Shown here one piece after another: positions 49,166-58,244 of a stretch of 64,000 nt of DNA. The DNA comes from an uncultured Alphaproteobacteria bacterium. GTDB lineage: Bacteria; Pseudomonadota; Alphaproteobacteria; UBA7985. The position numbers and the translations under genes were made by a program. Location: NCBI GenBank assembly GCA_905479265.1, contig CAJQLX010000006.1, positions 2,621-66,620 on the forward strand, written 5' to 3'. Every line of letters begins with the position of its first letter. Positions within the stretch are counted from its first letter, which is position 1. Under the pieces are notes generated by a model that was not told the origin of the DNA, did no database searches, and saw only the letters and a program-made list of their open reading frames with translations.

Positions 49166-49624
49166 ATGAAACAGAAACTATCAGGTGCCCTTGGTGTCGT
49201 CGCGTTGCTCATAGCATCCACCGCGCACGCCAACCCCGCAGCCTCCATTTCCAAGCTCGAAAACAAACTCGACCGGTTATCGCACTATTTTGACGCCAAC
49301 TGCGATGAAGACGCCCTCACCCCGAAATGCAAGCGCGTCGAGGCCAGTATCATTCGAATTGGTGGCGAGATTGAGCGCCTAAAAGAAGCCGTCAGCGTAA
49401 ACCTGCGAACCAGCGCCAGTGTTGCAACCAATGGCGAGGATCCAACCATACTGGAGCGTCAGTACAGCATTCTTCACGTGCGCATGGAAAAGATCATGAC
49501 CTTTATCGAGCGCCTTGAGGCGTCAGATGATCCGCAAAAGGAAGCGAAAATCAAAGGGCTCAACGCGCAGCTAGACCTCGTTCGCAACCGACTGCTGCAG
49601 CTCCAAATACAGAGCGAAGGCTAA
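49166..49624 (+). CDS. Secreted helical hypothetical protein with CX8C motif (paralog 1)
   Basis: AGAGGA RBS; signal peptide ending AHA-N; heptad-like Leu/Ile periodicity; visibly homologous to next gene. Confidence 0.8.
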   Translation: MKQKLSGALGVVALLIASTAHANPAASISKLENKLDRLSHYFDANCDEDALTPKCKRVEASIIRIGGEIERLKEAVSVNLRTSASVATNGEDPTILERQYSILHVRMEKIMTFIERLEASDDPQKEAKIKGLNAQLDLVRNRLLQLQIQSEG

Positions 49625-49635
49625 GACACCCTATT

Positions 49636-49689
49636 CCGCCATCCTCCATTTTTAGACAATGACGAAAATGAGATGAGGATGGCGGGTTT
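49636..49689 (+). terminator. Hairpin/terminator after paralog 1
   Basis: CCGCCATCCTC/GAGGATGGCGG stem with inner CATTTT/AAAATG pairing, short T-run. Confidence 0.6.
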
Positions 49690-49918
49690 CTATCGCGGAA
49701 AACATTCTGCGAACGCAATTCATGATTTGCCCTATCATTAACGATGTCAGTTGCAAAAGGGCCACAATTTAGCGCCGCATTATACGTACCTTGGTCACAG
49801 TTTAAACTTCCAAGGGGGAAATATGGCAAAGGTCATTTCCCACAAAATTTATACAAATTGTAGTGGTAATCACTGTTTCGATAAAATTTGAAGGTTTTTC
49901 GCTAAGGTTTAGCGCACA

Positions 49919-49934
49919 TGGCACGTCCCTCGCT
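49919..49934 (+). promoter_or_regulatory. Sigma-54 (-24/-12) promoter candidate
   Basis: TGGCACGTCCCTCGCT, exact GG-N10-GC spacing, about 43 nt before ATG 49977. Confidence 0.65.
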
Positions 49935-49976
49935 CCAGTAATCTTGAAACGTAACGATAACGGGGGATTAATTCTC

Positions 49977-50444
49977 ATGTCACGTGTAAAAGCCCTTTTG
50001 ACGAGCCTGGCTCTAATCTCAACCGCAGGCACGGCTGCGGCCAACTCAGCCGCTAAGCTCAACAGCTTAGAAAACCGATTGGAACGGCTTAACGCCTACC
50101 ATGCGCAAAACTGCAATGGCGCTCTTATTGCTCGCGATTGCCCCCGTGTCGAGGCTGGTATTGATAAGCTTAAGGCTGAGATCGTCCGACTCACCAGTAC
50201 CATGCAGCAAGGTATTTCCGGCGCCGCGTTCGAACGTGAAATTCAGCTTCCCGGCACCAGCCGTTTGCAGCAACAATACAATGAGCACGTTGCGAAGTTG
50301 CAAGCTGTAAAGGGGCAGATCGACCGTATGATCCAAGCCCGTATTCCGGCATCTGATGCTCGCTTGCGGGCTCTCCAGAATGAAGCGAGCGTGCTTCACA
50401 TGCGTCTGCTTCGTCTGCAGTCGCGGTTGAAAGGCGCAAGCTAG
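49977..50444 (+). CDS. Secreted helical hypothetical protein with CX8C motif (paralog 2)
   Basis: GGGGA RBS; signal peptide ending AAA-N; LENRLERL..Y...NC-X8-C.RVEA shared with paralog 1. Confidence 0.8.
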   Translation: MSRVKALLTSLALISTAGTAAANSAAKLNSLENRLERLNAYHAQNCNGALIARDCPRVEAGIDKLKAEIVRLTSTMQQGISGAAFEREIQLPGTSRLQQQYNEHVAKLQAVKGQIDRMIQARIPASDARLRALQNEASVLHMRLLRLQSRLKGAS

Positions 50445-50469
50445 ACCACTTTCCCCCGGTCAAGACGAT

Positions 50470-50519
50470 GAATGGGATCGCTAGACGCAGGCTTCACCGC
50501 CCGTGACACGATCCCATTC
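50470..50519. terminator. Inverted repeat between convergent genes
   Basis: GAATGGGATCG/CGATCCCATTC perfect 11-bp arms; no clear U-tract. Confidence 0.5.
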
Positions 50520-50551
50520 GATCAAACAGTCGTTTAACGACGCGGGTTCGC

Positions 50552-51538
50552 CTACTTCAGCGCTGCATCCGTGATGGCATGCGTCCAAGCACCCTCTGGC
50601 GCACCAGAAATCACGGTATCACCGCCAGCGAGCAGCGTTGCAACCGTCCGCTCGTAGTCTGCTGGATCGAGCGCGCCGTTTGAGCCCGCCGTCAACTTGG
50701 CAATTTCACCCATCATACGGAACTGGTCTTCGTAGGTTGCTGTGCCGCTGTCGTCGTTGTCGAGGATGATCTCAACCGCTTCTTCAACATTGGCTTCTGC
50801 GTACTTCCAGCCTTTCATTGAAGCCGCAACGAAACGGGTCAGACGATCGACGAAGTCAGCGTCATTGAGGTTGTCTTCGAGAACGTAAAGACCGTCTTCC
50901 AACGTTGCAACGCCTTGGTCCTCGTACTTGAACACGATCAAATCGTCAGCGCTAAGGCCACCGTCAATCACCTGCCAATACTCGTTGTAGGTCATGGTGG
51001 ACACACAGTCAGCTTGACCGTTGAAGATTGGATCCACGTTAAAGCCTTGCTGAAGAACAGTAACACCACTGTCACCGCCGTCGGTGCTTAGACCCAGTTG
51101 AGACATCCAGCTTAAGAATGGGAATTCGTTGCCGAAGAACCATACGCCAACGGTCTTACCCGCCAGATCGCTCGTTGATGCGATGCCAGAATCCCGACGA
51201 CACGTGAGCATCATACCCGATGACTTGAAAGGCTGAGCCACGTTAACAACGGGCAGACCCTTTTCCCGCGCTGACAGCGCAGAAGGCATCCAGTTGACCA
51301 TGATATCAGCGCCGCCACCGGCCAGAATCTGGGGCGGTGCAATGTCTGGTCCGCCTGACTTGACCGTTACGTCAAGGCCAGCGGCTTCGTAAAAGCCCTT
51401 GTCCTTGGCGACGTAGTAACCCGCAAACTGAGCCTGGGTCACCCACTGGAGCTGAATGGCAAATTTGTCCTGTGCCTGAGCCACGGAAGCCATCAGCGAG
51501 GCTGCAACCGCAAAGGTTGCTAACACTACTTTTTTCAT
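50552..51538 (-). CDS. ABC transporter substrate-binding protein, NMT1/THI5 family (pyrimidine uptake)
   Basis: Signal peptide, QLQWVTQAQFAGYYVA, GGPD, MTYNE; in pyrimidine catabolic operon. Confidence 0.9.
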   Translation of the reverse strand: MKKVVLATFAVAASLMASVAQAQDKFAIQLQWVTQAQFAGYYVAKDKGFYEAAGLDVTVKSGGPDIAPPQILAGGGADIMVNWMPSALSAREKGLPVVNVAQPFKSSGMMLTCRRDSGIASTSDLAGKTVGVWFFGNEFPFLSWMSQLGLSTDGGDSGVTVLQQGFNVDPIFNGQADCVSTMTYNEYWQVIDGGLSADDLIVFKYEDQGVATLEDGLYVLEDNLNDADFVDRLTRFVAASMKGWKYAEANVEEAVEIILDNDDSGTATYEDQFRMMGEIAKLTAGSNGALDPADYERTVATLLAGGDTVISGAPEGAWTHAITDAALK

Positions 51539-51562
51539 CTTCTCTCTCCTGTTTTAATCTGG

Positions 51563-52402
51563 TTAACGCCTCTGGGAGGGGTGCCAGAAAGTCAGACTGC
51601 GCTCGATGATAAGCAGCAGCCCAAAGAAACCAGTTCCGGCAATCGCCGCGACAATAATTTCTGCCCAAACAAGATCGAGAGAAAGCGTGCCGACACTGGT
51701 TTTGATCCGGAACCCCATTCCGAGGAAGGGCGATCCGAAAAACTCAGCAACAATGGCCCCGATCAGCGCGAGCGGCGTGCAGACCTTGAGACCGTTGAGA
51801 ATAAAAGGCATGGCCGCGGGCAAGCGCAGCAGACCCAGCTGCTGCAGCGGTGTGGCGGCGTAGGTTTTGAACAAGTCGCGCTCGATGGCATTGGTCGCGG
51901 CCAGACCCTGCACGCTGTTCACCAGCATGGGGAAAAAGCACATGGAGACCACAATGGCGGCCTTGGATTCCCAACCGAAGCCGAACCACATCACCATAAT
52001 GGGGGCCAAGCCCACCACCGGGAGAGCCGCAACGAAATTTCCAAGCGGCAAAAGCCCACGCCGCAGGAAGTCTGACCAGCTTGCCAAAAACGCCACCAAT
52101 AGCGCGGTACTGCAGCCGACGACATAGCCGGTTAAGGCTCCTTTTAGGATCGTTTGAACAAAGTCTTCCCACAGCATCTCGTAGCTAGTGAAAAGTCGAA
52201 CGACCATTTCTGAAGGCCTGGGAAGGATGACAAATGATACGTTGAGGCCGATCACCAGCAACTCAACCATGACCACGAGGGTCAGGCCGAAAACGATAGG
52301 CACCGCGATGCGCGCGTATCGGTCAGAAAGCCAGCCAGCCAGTTTTACGTTAAAAGCCCACAGCGCGCCCCAAAGAACCAGCGCGAATATCGCGATCATC
52401 AT
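51563..52402 (-). CDS. ABC transporter permease
   Basis: LPRPS, P.VGLAP, FFPMLVN, LRLPAAMPFI, GAIVAEF. Confidence 0.9.
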   Translation of the reverse strand: MMIAIFALVLWGALWAFNVKLAGWLSDRYARIAVPIVFGLTLVVMVELLVIGLNVSFVILPRPSEMVVRLFTSYEMLWEDFVQTILKGALTGYVVGCSTALLVAFLASWSDFLRRGLLPLGNFVAALPVVGLAPIMVMWFGFGWESKAAIVVSMCFFPMLVNSVQGLAATNAIERDLFKTYAATPLQQLGLLRLPAAMPFILNGLKVCTPLALIGAIVAEFFGSPFLGMGFRIKTSVGTLSLDLVWAEIIVAAIAGTGFFGLLLIIERSLTFWHPSQRR

Positions 52403-53310
52403 GATGAGACCTCCCCGGCGGTTCGGAAGCCCAAGCGGCGGTTCAACGCCCGTTCAAGCATCCCAAAAGACACAACGAGAAGACCAGCGAGGATGGCCGC
52501 CGATACAAGGTTCGCCCACATGGGAATGGTCTCGGAGCGATAGGAAAACACCAGCAACCGCGCACCCAGACCGGCGCGCGCGCCAGACGGCAACTCAGCA
52601 ACGACGGCCCCAACAAGCGCAGCCGCAAGACTAATCTTCATCGCGGGAAACAAGTACGGTAAGGCCGAGGGCAGCCGAAGCAGTAGAAACGTTTGGAATG
52701 CCGTTGCCGACCACGTCTTCATCTGGTCCTCAAGGATCGGATCGCTAGAACGCAGTCCCTTGGTCATCCCGATCACGATTGGAAAATAGCTCAAGTACAT
52801 GGAAATCACGCCCTTGGGCATCAGACCCGTAAGACCCATTGGCGCCATGATGACGATGATCATCGGCGCAATCGCGATGATGGGAATTGTCTGGGACGTA
52901 ATCACCCACGGCATGACCGATAGGTCCATTACCCGAGAATAAACAATGGCCAGAGACAGACTGACGCCCAAGACCAAACCCAGCCCAAACCCCAGTAACG
53001 TCGAAGAAAGCGTGACCCACGTATGGTAAATCAGTGAGCGCTTGTAGCCCCGCCGCTTTTCTTTCCATATCCAAGAGAACGTCGCCTGTTTCTTCACCTC
53101 ACGCACAATTTGGTGCGGCAGTGGCAGCTGAGGCTTCTTTTGAGACCATGTATCGCTGACCAGCTCGGAGAAACTGATTTCAGCGTCGTCGGGGGCCATC
53201 ATGTAAGTCCGCATCGAATTCATCGGAATGGCCGCTGCGTACCAAATCACGATAATTGCAGCGACGATTGTCGCGACAGGTAGAACTGATCGAGACAACC
53301 ACGCCAGCAT
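52399..53310 (-). CDS. ABC transporter permease
   Basis: SQTIPIIAIAP, LRLPSALPYLF, GAVVAEL. Confidence 0.9.
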   Translation of the reverse strand: MLAWLSRSVLPVATIVAAIIVIWYAAAIPMNSMRTYMMAPDDAEISFSELVSDTWSQKKPQLPLPHQIVREVKKQATFSWIWKEKRRGYKRSLIYHTWVTLSSTLLGFGLGLVLGVSLSLAIVYSRVMDLSVMPWVITSQTIPIIAIAPMIIVIMAPMGLTGLMPKGVISMYLSYFPIVIGMTKGLRSSDPILEDQMKTWSATAFQTFLLLRLPSALPYLFPAMKISLAAALVGAVVAELPSGARAGLGARLLVFSYRSETIPMWANLVSAAILAGLLVVSFGMLERALNRRLGFRTAGEVSS

Positions 53311-54068
53311 CAGTCCATCCCCTCGCGCAGCGTGTTCCGAACCTCTGCAGCTACGGCCAAGAACTCAGTGCTTTCCCGAACCTCCAAGGGGCGATCGGGG
53401 GGAAGCGGGTTGTTGATCACTTTAGCGACCCGACCCGGACGAGGTGACATCACCACGATCTTGGTCGAAAGATAAACGGCCTCGGGGATGGAATGCGTAA
53501 CAAACAGAACGGTTTTTTGCGTGGTTCGCCACAGATCCAGCAACTGGTCATTCAAGCGGTCCCGAACGATCTCATCCAGCGCGCCAAAGGGCTCGTCCAT
53601 CAGCAGCAATTCAGCATCAAAGGCCAAAGCCCGCGCAATCGACGCGCGCTGTTGCATGCCCCCGGATAGCTGCCAAGGATACTTGGTGCCAAAGCCGTCC
53701 AGCTCCACCATTTTCAGCACAGATGCGACGCGCTCTGCCATCACGTGCTTGTCTTGCCCCATCAAGGCAAGCGGCAGGCGAATGTTCCCCTCAACCGTAC
53801 GCCAAGGCAGCAAGCCGGGTTGCTGGAAAACATAGCCGTAAGCCCTTTGCATCCGGGCTTCTTCAGGGCTGAGGCCCGTGACCCGAACCTCCCCGCCTGT
53901 TGGCTTTTCCAAGTCGGCGACGACCCGCAAGAAGGTGGTCTTTCCGCAGCCAGACGGGCCAATAAACGAAACAAACTCACCTGCTTCCACCGATAGGTTT
54001 ACGTCTTTTAGTGCCTGCACATCGCCGGGAAACGTAAGCGACAAACCTTCCGCCGTAACAACACTCAT
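53310..54068 (-). CDS. ABC transporter ATP-binding protein
   Basis: GPSGCGKT, LSGGMQQR, LLMDEPF, VTH. Confidence 0.95.
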   Translation of the reverse strand: MSVVTAEGLSLTFPGDVQALKDVNLSVEAGEFVSFIGPSGCGKTTFLRVVADLEKPTGGEVRVTGLSPEEARMQRAYGYVFQQPGLLPWRTVEGNIRLPLALMGQDKHVMAERVASVLKMVELDGFGTKYPWQLSGGMQQRASIARALAFDAELLLMDEPFGALDEIVRDRLNDQLLDLWRTTQKTVLFVTHSIPEAVYLSTKIVVMSPRPGRVAKVINNPLPPDRPLEVRESTEFLAVAAEVRNTLREGMD

Positions 54069-54114
54069 ACGGCGCGCACTCCTCTGTTTTGCTGGACCGC
54101 CACTCGCACTGGCC

Positions 54115-55575
54115 CTAAACGCCCGAAGGAATATTCATGGGGTCACGCTCAATCTTGCGCGGCGTATTCAGCTCTTTCCACTTGGACAGCGCGGTATTCA
54201 CGGCCGCGTATGGCTTGCGGCTGACAAACTTACCGCGCCCGGGCTGTGGTTGGCTGTTTTTGCCGTAGGCCCAGACCACGTCACCCCGGCTGAGCGTGTA
54301 GCGCGCCTGCGCCGTCACGTCGAAGCCTTCGAAGACGTTGTAATCGATTATCGACTTTTGCGTGGTTGCAGAGACCGTTTTGCTCAAGCTCGGATCCCAG
54401 ACAACGATGTCGGCGTCTGCGCCCTCAACTAAAGCGCCTTTTTGCGGGTAGATGTTGAGGATCTTGGCGATGTTCGTGGACGTTGCCGCCACGAATTCGT
54501 TCGGCGTCAAACGGCCTGTTTCCACGCCTCGGGTCCACAGAACCGACAAACGCTCTTCCAGACCGCCTGTACCATTTGGAATGAACGGAAAGCCCTTCAG
54601 ACCCATGCGCTTTTGCTCGGTATCAAAGGCAGCATGATCGGTCGCGACCACTTGCAACGAACCGGCGGCCAACCCGGCCCACAAGCTGTCTTGGTGATCT
54701 TTTGAGCGGAACGGTGGCGACATGACGCGACGGGCTGCGTAGTCCCAATCTTTGTTGAAATACTCAGTTTCATCGAGCGTCAGATGCTGAATCAGTGGCT
54801 CACCATAAACGCGCATGCCCTTTTGCCGCGCTCGGCGGATGGCTTCATGCGACTGCTCGCACGATACATGCACCACATAGAGCGGAACCCCAGCGGCATC
54901 CGCGATCATAATGGCGCGGTTGGTCGCTTCGCCTTCGACTTCGGGTGGGCGAGAATAGGCGTGCCCCTCTGGCCCTGTTAGGCCTTGCGACATGTATTTC
55001 TCTTGCAGCTCCGCAACGATATCGCCGTTTTCCGCATGCACCAGTGGCAACGCGCCCAGCGCAGCACAGCGCTTGAACGAGGCGTACATTTCATCGTCCT
55101 CGATCATCAACGCGCCCTTATAGGCCATGAAGTGCTTAAACGTATTCACGCCGCGCTTCACCACAGCGTCCATCTCGTTAAAGATCGACTCAGACCAGCC
55201 CGTGATGGCCATGTGATAGGAGATGTCGATGCAGATTTGATCCTTGGATTTGGCGTCCCACGCGTCCAAGGCATTCACCAAAGAGCCATCTTCGCCCGGC
55301 AAACAAAAATCCACCAGCATCGTTGTACCGCCCGCGGCTGCGGCAAACGTACCTGTTTCAAACGTCTCCGCCGCCGTGGTGCCCATGAACGGCATTTCGA
55401 GATGGGTGTGCGGATCGATACCGCCGGGGATCACATAAGCGCCGGAGGCGTCGATCACCTCGTCGCCGGACAAGTTCAGCCCGATTTGCTTGATCTTTTC
55501 GCCTTCGACCAAAACGTCGGCTTCATAGGTACGATCCGCTGTTACGACGGTTCCGCCTTTGATGACTTTGCTCAT
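54115..55575 (-). CDS. hydA: Dihydropyrimidinase
   Basis: PGGIDPHTHLEMPFMG, FKHFMAYK, VHAENG, VMSPP, ATDH. Confidence 0.95.
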   Translation of the reverse strand: MSKVIKGGTVVTADRTYEADVLVEGEKIKQIGLNLSGDEVIDASGAYVIPGGIDPHTHLEMPFMGTTAAETFETGTFAAAAGGTTMLVDFCLPGEDGSLVNALDAWDAKSKDQICIDISYHMAITGWSESIFNEMDAVVKRGVNTFKHFMAYKGALMIEDDEMYASFKRCAALGALPLVHAENGDIVAELQEKYMSQGLTGPEGHAYSRPPEVEGEATNRAIMIADAAGVPLYVVHVSCEQSHEAIRRARQKGMRVYGEPLIQHLTLDETEYFNKDWDYAARRVMSPPFRSKDHQDSLWAGLAAGSLQVVATDHAAFDTEQKRMGLKGFPFIPNGTGGLEERLSVLWTRGVETGRLTPNEFVAATSTNIAKILNIYPQKGALVEGADADIVVWDPSLSKTVSATTQKSIIDYNVFEGFDVTAQARYTLSRGDVVWAYGKNSQPQPGRGKFVSRKPYAAVNTALSKWKELNTPRKIERDPMNIPSGV

Positions 55576-55637
55576 GGATGTTTCCCTTTTCTCTTACATT
55601 CTTTTCCATTGATGGTGGGGGGTCCACCCAAGGTGGA

Positions 55638-56888
55638 TCAGGCGACGATTTGCGCTGTTTCTACGACCGCGTGAAACAGAACGTTTGTCCCAGCTTCGGC
55701 CCATTGGGATGAAATTTCTTCAGCCTCATTGTGACTCAAACCGTCTACGCAGGGACACATCACCATCGCCGTTGGCGTCACGCGATTGATCCAACAGGCA
55801 TCATGACCTGCGCCGGAAACAATATCCATGTGGCTGTAGCCAAGCCGTTCCGCCGCGCGTCGCACCGCGCCAACACAGTTTTCGTCAAACGTTACGGGGT
55901 CAAAATGACCAACAATTTCGATCTCGCACTCGAGGTCTAGCTCCTGAGCAATCTCCGCAGCGCCAGCCCGCAAGCGTGCCTCCATATCCGTTTGGATATC
56001 AAAGTCAGGCGAGCGGAAGTCGATGGTGAAGACCACGCGGCCAGGAATGATATTGCGCGAGTTGGGGTAGACATCGCACTGCCCTACTGCGCCCAAAGCA
56101 CGAGGCTGGTGGCTCATGGCAATTTCGTGGGCCAGTTGCGTGACCTTTGCCATACCCAGTCCAGCATTTCGGCGCATGGGCATGGGGGTGGAGCCTGTGT
56201 GCTGCTCCTTACCAGTCAGCGTCACTTGGACCCAATTCAGCCCCTGCCCGTGGGTAACGACGCCTATGTCCTTGCCTTCTGCTTCCAGAATTGGACCCTG
56301 CTCGATGTGAAGCTCGAAGAATGCGTGCATGTCGCGCGCGCCGACGGGCTCGTCGCCGACCCACCCGATGCGCCGCAGCTCGTCTCCAAACTTCAGGCCT
56401 TCGGCGTCTTGCCGATCATAGGCCCAATCTTGGGTATGAAGACCCGCAAACACGCCCGATGACAGCATGGGCGGGGCAAAGCGTGTGCCTTCTTCGTTGG
56501 TCCAGTTTGTCACCACGATGGGGTGCTTGGTCTTGATCCCCAGATCATTCAGCGTTCGGATGATTTCCAGCCCCGAAAGCACGCCCAATACCCCGTCATA
56601 CTTTCCGCCCGTTGGCTGCGTATCCAAATGCGAGCCGACATATACCGGCAGCGCATCGGGGTCTTCCCCGGCCCTCGTCGCAAACATATTGCCCATGGTG
56701 TCTACACCCATTGTACAGCCCGCTTCCTCACACCACCGCTGAAACAGGTAGCGGCCTTCGCTGTCTTCGTCGGTCAGGGTCTGACGGTTGTTTCCGCCCG
56801 CGATCCCCGGCCCAATCTTGGCCATTTCCATAAGGCTGTCCCAAAGCCGGGACGCGTTTGTTTTGAGGTTATCGCCCGGGGCGCTCAT
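55638..56888 (-). CDS. pydC: Beta-ureidopropionase / N-carbamoyl-amino acid hydrolase (M20 Zn hydrolase)
   Basis: GSHLDTQPTGGKYDG, WTNEEG, ELHIEQGP, SGAGHDA, SHNEAE; operon context. Confidence 0.9.
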   Translation of the reverse strand: MSAPGDNLKTNASRLWDSLMEMAKIGPGIAGGNNRQTLTDEDSEGRYLFQRWCEEAGCTMGVDTMGNMFATRAGEDPDALPVYVGSHLDTQPTGGKYDGVLGVLSGLEIIRTLNDLGIKTKHPIVVTNWTNEEGTRFAPPMLSSGVFAGLHTQDWAYDRQDAEGLKFGDELRRIGWVGDEPVGARDMHAFFELHIEQGPILEAEGKDIGVVTHGQGLNWVQVTLTGKEQHTGSTPMPMRRNAGLGMAKVTQLAHEIAMSHQPRALGAVGQCDVYPNSRNIIPGRVVFTIDFRSPDFDIQTDMEARLRAGAAEIAQELDLECEIEIVGHFDPVTFDENCVGAVRRAAERLGYSHMDIVSGAGHDACWINRVTPTAMVMCPCVDGLSHNEAEEISSQWAEAGTNVLFHAVVETAQIVA

Positions 56889-56937
56889 AGACTGTTCTCC
56901 TCTGGGTCCACTGATCGAGTAACGGTGCCACTGTCTG

Positions 56938-58242
56938 TTAGACGGCACCGGGGTTGTTGGGGTGTGTGGTCCAATCGGCAAATTCTGCTTCGACAGGAAG
57001 CCCGGTCCGCTCATCGATCACGCCAACATCCAAGCGTTCCATCGTGATGCACTGGTCAACAGGACAGACGTTAATGCAGAGGTTACACGCCACACACTCA
57101 TCGTCCTTGACGGTGAAGACCCGCTTGCCGGTCTCATCAACGTCCATCGCAATCGCTTGGTGACTGGTGTCCTCACAGCTTGCGAAACAGCGGCCACAGC
57201 CGATGCATGAGTCTTGGTTGATGCGGGCTTTGGTGATGTAATTGAGGTTGAGGTTCTTCCAGTCCGACAGGTTTGGAACGGCCCGGCCCACAATCTCTGA
57301 AGTATCGGTCATACCCTTCTGATCCATCCACAGCGACAGGCCAGAAATCATCTCTTGCACGATATGGAAGCCGTAGGTCATCGCAGCAGTACAAACCTGC
57401 ACGTTTCCTGCGCCCAAGGTCATAAACTCAGCCGCATCTCGCCACGTCGATACACCACCAATGCCCGAAATCGGCAAGCCGGCGAGTTCCGGCGTTCGTG
57501 CGATCTCCGCGACCATGTTCATGGCAATCGGCTTCACCGCTGGACCGCAGTATCCGCCGTGGGCTCCACGCCCATCGATCATAGGCTCTGGCGAGAACTC
57601 GTCCAGATTGACCGAGGTGATGGAGTTGATGGTGTTGATCAAAGACACAGCATCCGCACCACCCTTCATCGCGGCCCTTGCGGGCTGTTTGATGTCGGTG
57701 ATGTTGGGTGTCAGTTTCACGATCACGGGCAGTTTGGAGTATTCCTTACACCACGCTGTGACCATCTCGACATATTCCGGCACTTGCCCAACCGCAGAGC
57801 CCATGCCTCGCTCAGACATGCCGTGTGGACAGCCAAAGTTCAGCTCCAGCCCATCCGCGCCCGTGTCCTCGACCTGCGGCAGGATTTCCCGCCACGCGTC
57901 TTCTTCACAAGGAACCATCAGCGACACGACCATCGCGTGCGCCGGGTAATCACGTTTCACACGGGCAATTTCATCGAGGTTGGTTTTCAGCGGACGGTCC
58001 GTGATCAACTCAATGTTGTTCAAGCCCATCAACCGACGATCCGCGCTCCAGATCGCGCCATAACGCGGGCCGTTTACGTTTACAATCGCCGGGTCAATAC
58101 CAAGCGTTTTCCAAACGACACCGCCCCAGCCTGCGTCAAAAGCACGGCGAACGTTGTATTCCTTGTCCGTGGGGGGCGCGGACGCCAACCAGAACGGGTT
58201 TGGAGATTCGATCCCAACGAAGTTTGATTTCAGATCGGCCAT
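56938..58242 (-). CDS. preA: NAD-dependent dihydropyrimidine dehydrogenase subunit PreA
   Basis: NPFWLASAPPT, LNNIELI, ELNFGCPHGM, KLTPN, two C-terminal CxxCxxC ferredoxin motifs. Confidence 0.96.
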   Translation of the reverse strand: MADLKSNFVGIESPNPFWLASAPPTDKEYNVRRAFDAGWGGVVWKTLGIDPAIVNVNGPRYGAIWSADRRLMGLNNIELITDRPLKTNLDEIARVKRDYPAHAMVVSLMVPCEEDAWREILPQVEDTGADGLELNFGCPHGMSERGMGSAVGQVPEYVEMVTAWCKEYSKLPVIVKLTPNITDIKQPARAAMKGGADAVSLINTINSITSVNLDEFSPEPMIDGRGAHGGYCGPAVKPIAMNMVAEIARTPELAGLPISGIGGVSTWRDAAEFMTLGAGNVQVCTAAMTYGFHIVQEMISGLSLWMDQKGMTDTSEIVGRAVPNLSDWKNLNLNYITKARINQDSCIGCGRCFASCEDTSHQAIAMDVDETGKRVFTVKDDECVACNLCINVCPVDQCITMERLDVGVIDERTGLPVEAEFADWTTHPNNPGAV

Positions 58243-58244
58243 GA

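Noticed and set aside
57355..58227. 290-aa ORF antisense to preA, and similar long antisense ORFs (4761-5471, 35920-36645, 54985-55674)
   Set aside because: Fully overlap confident genes; typical GC-rich antisense shadows
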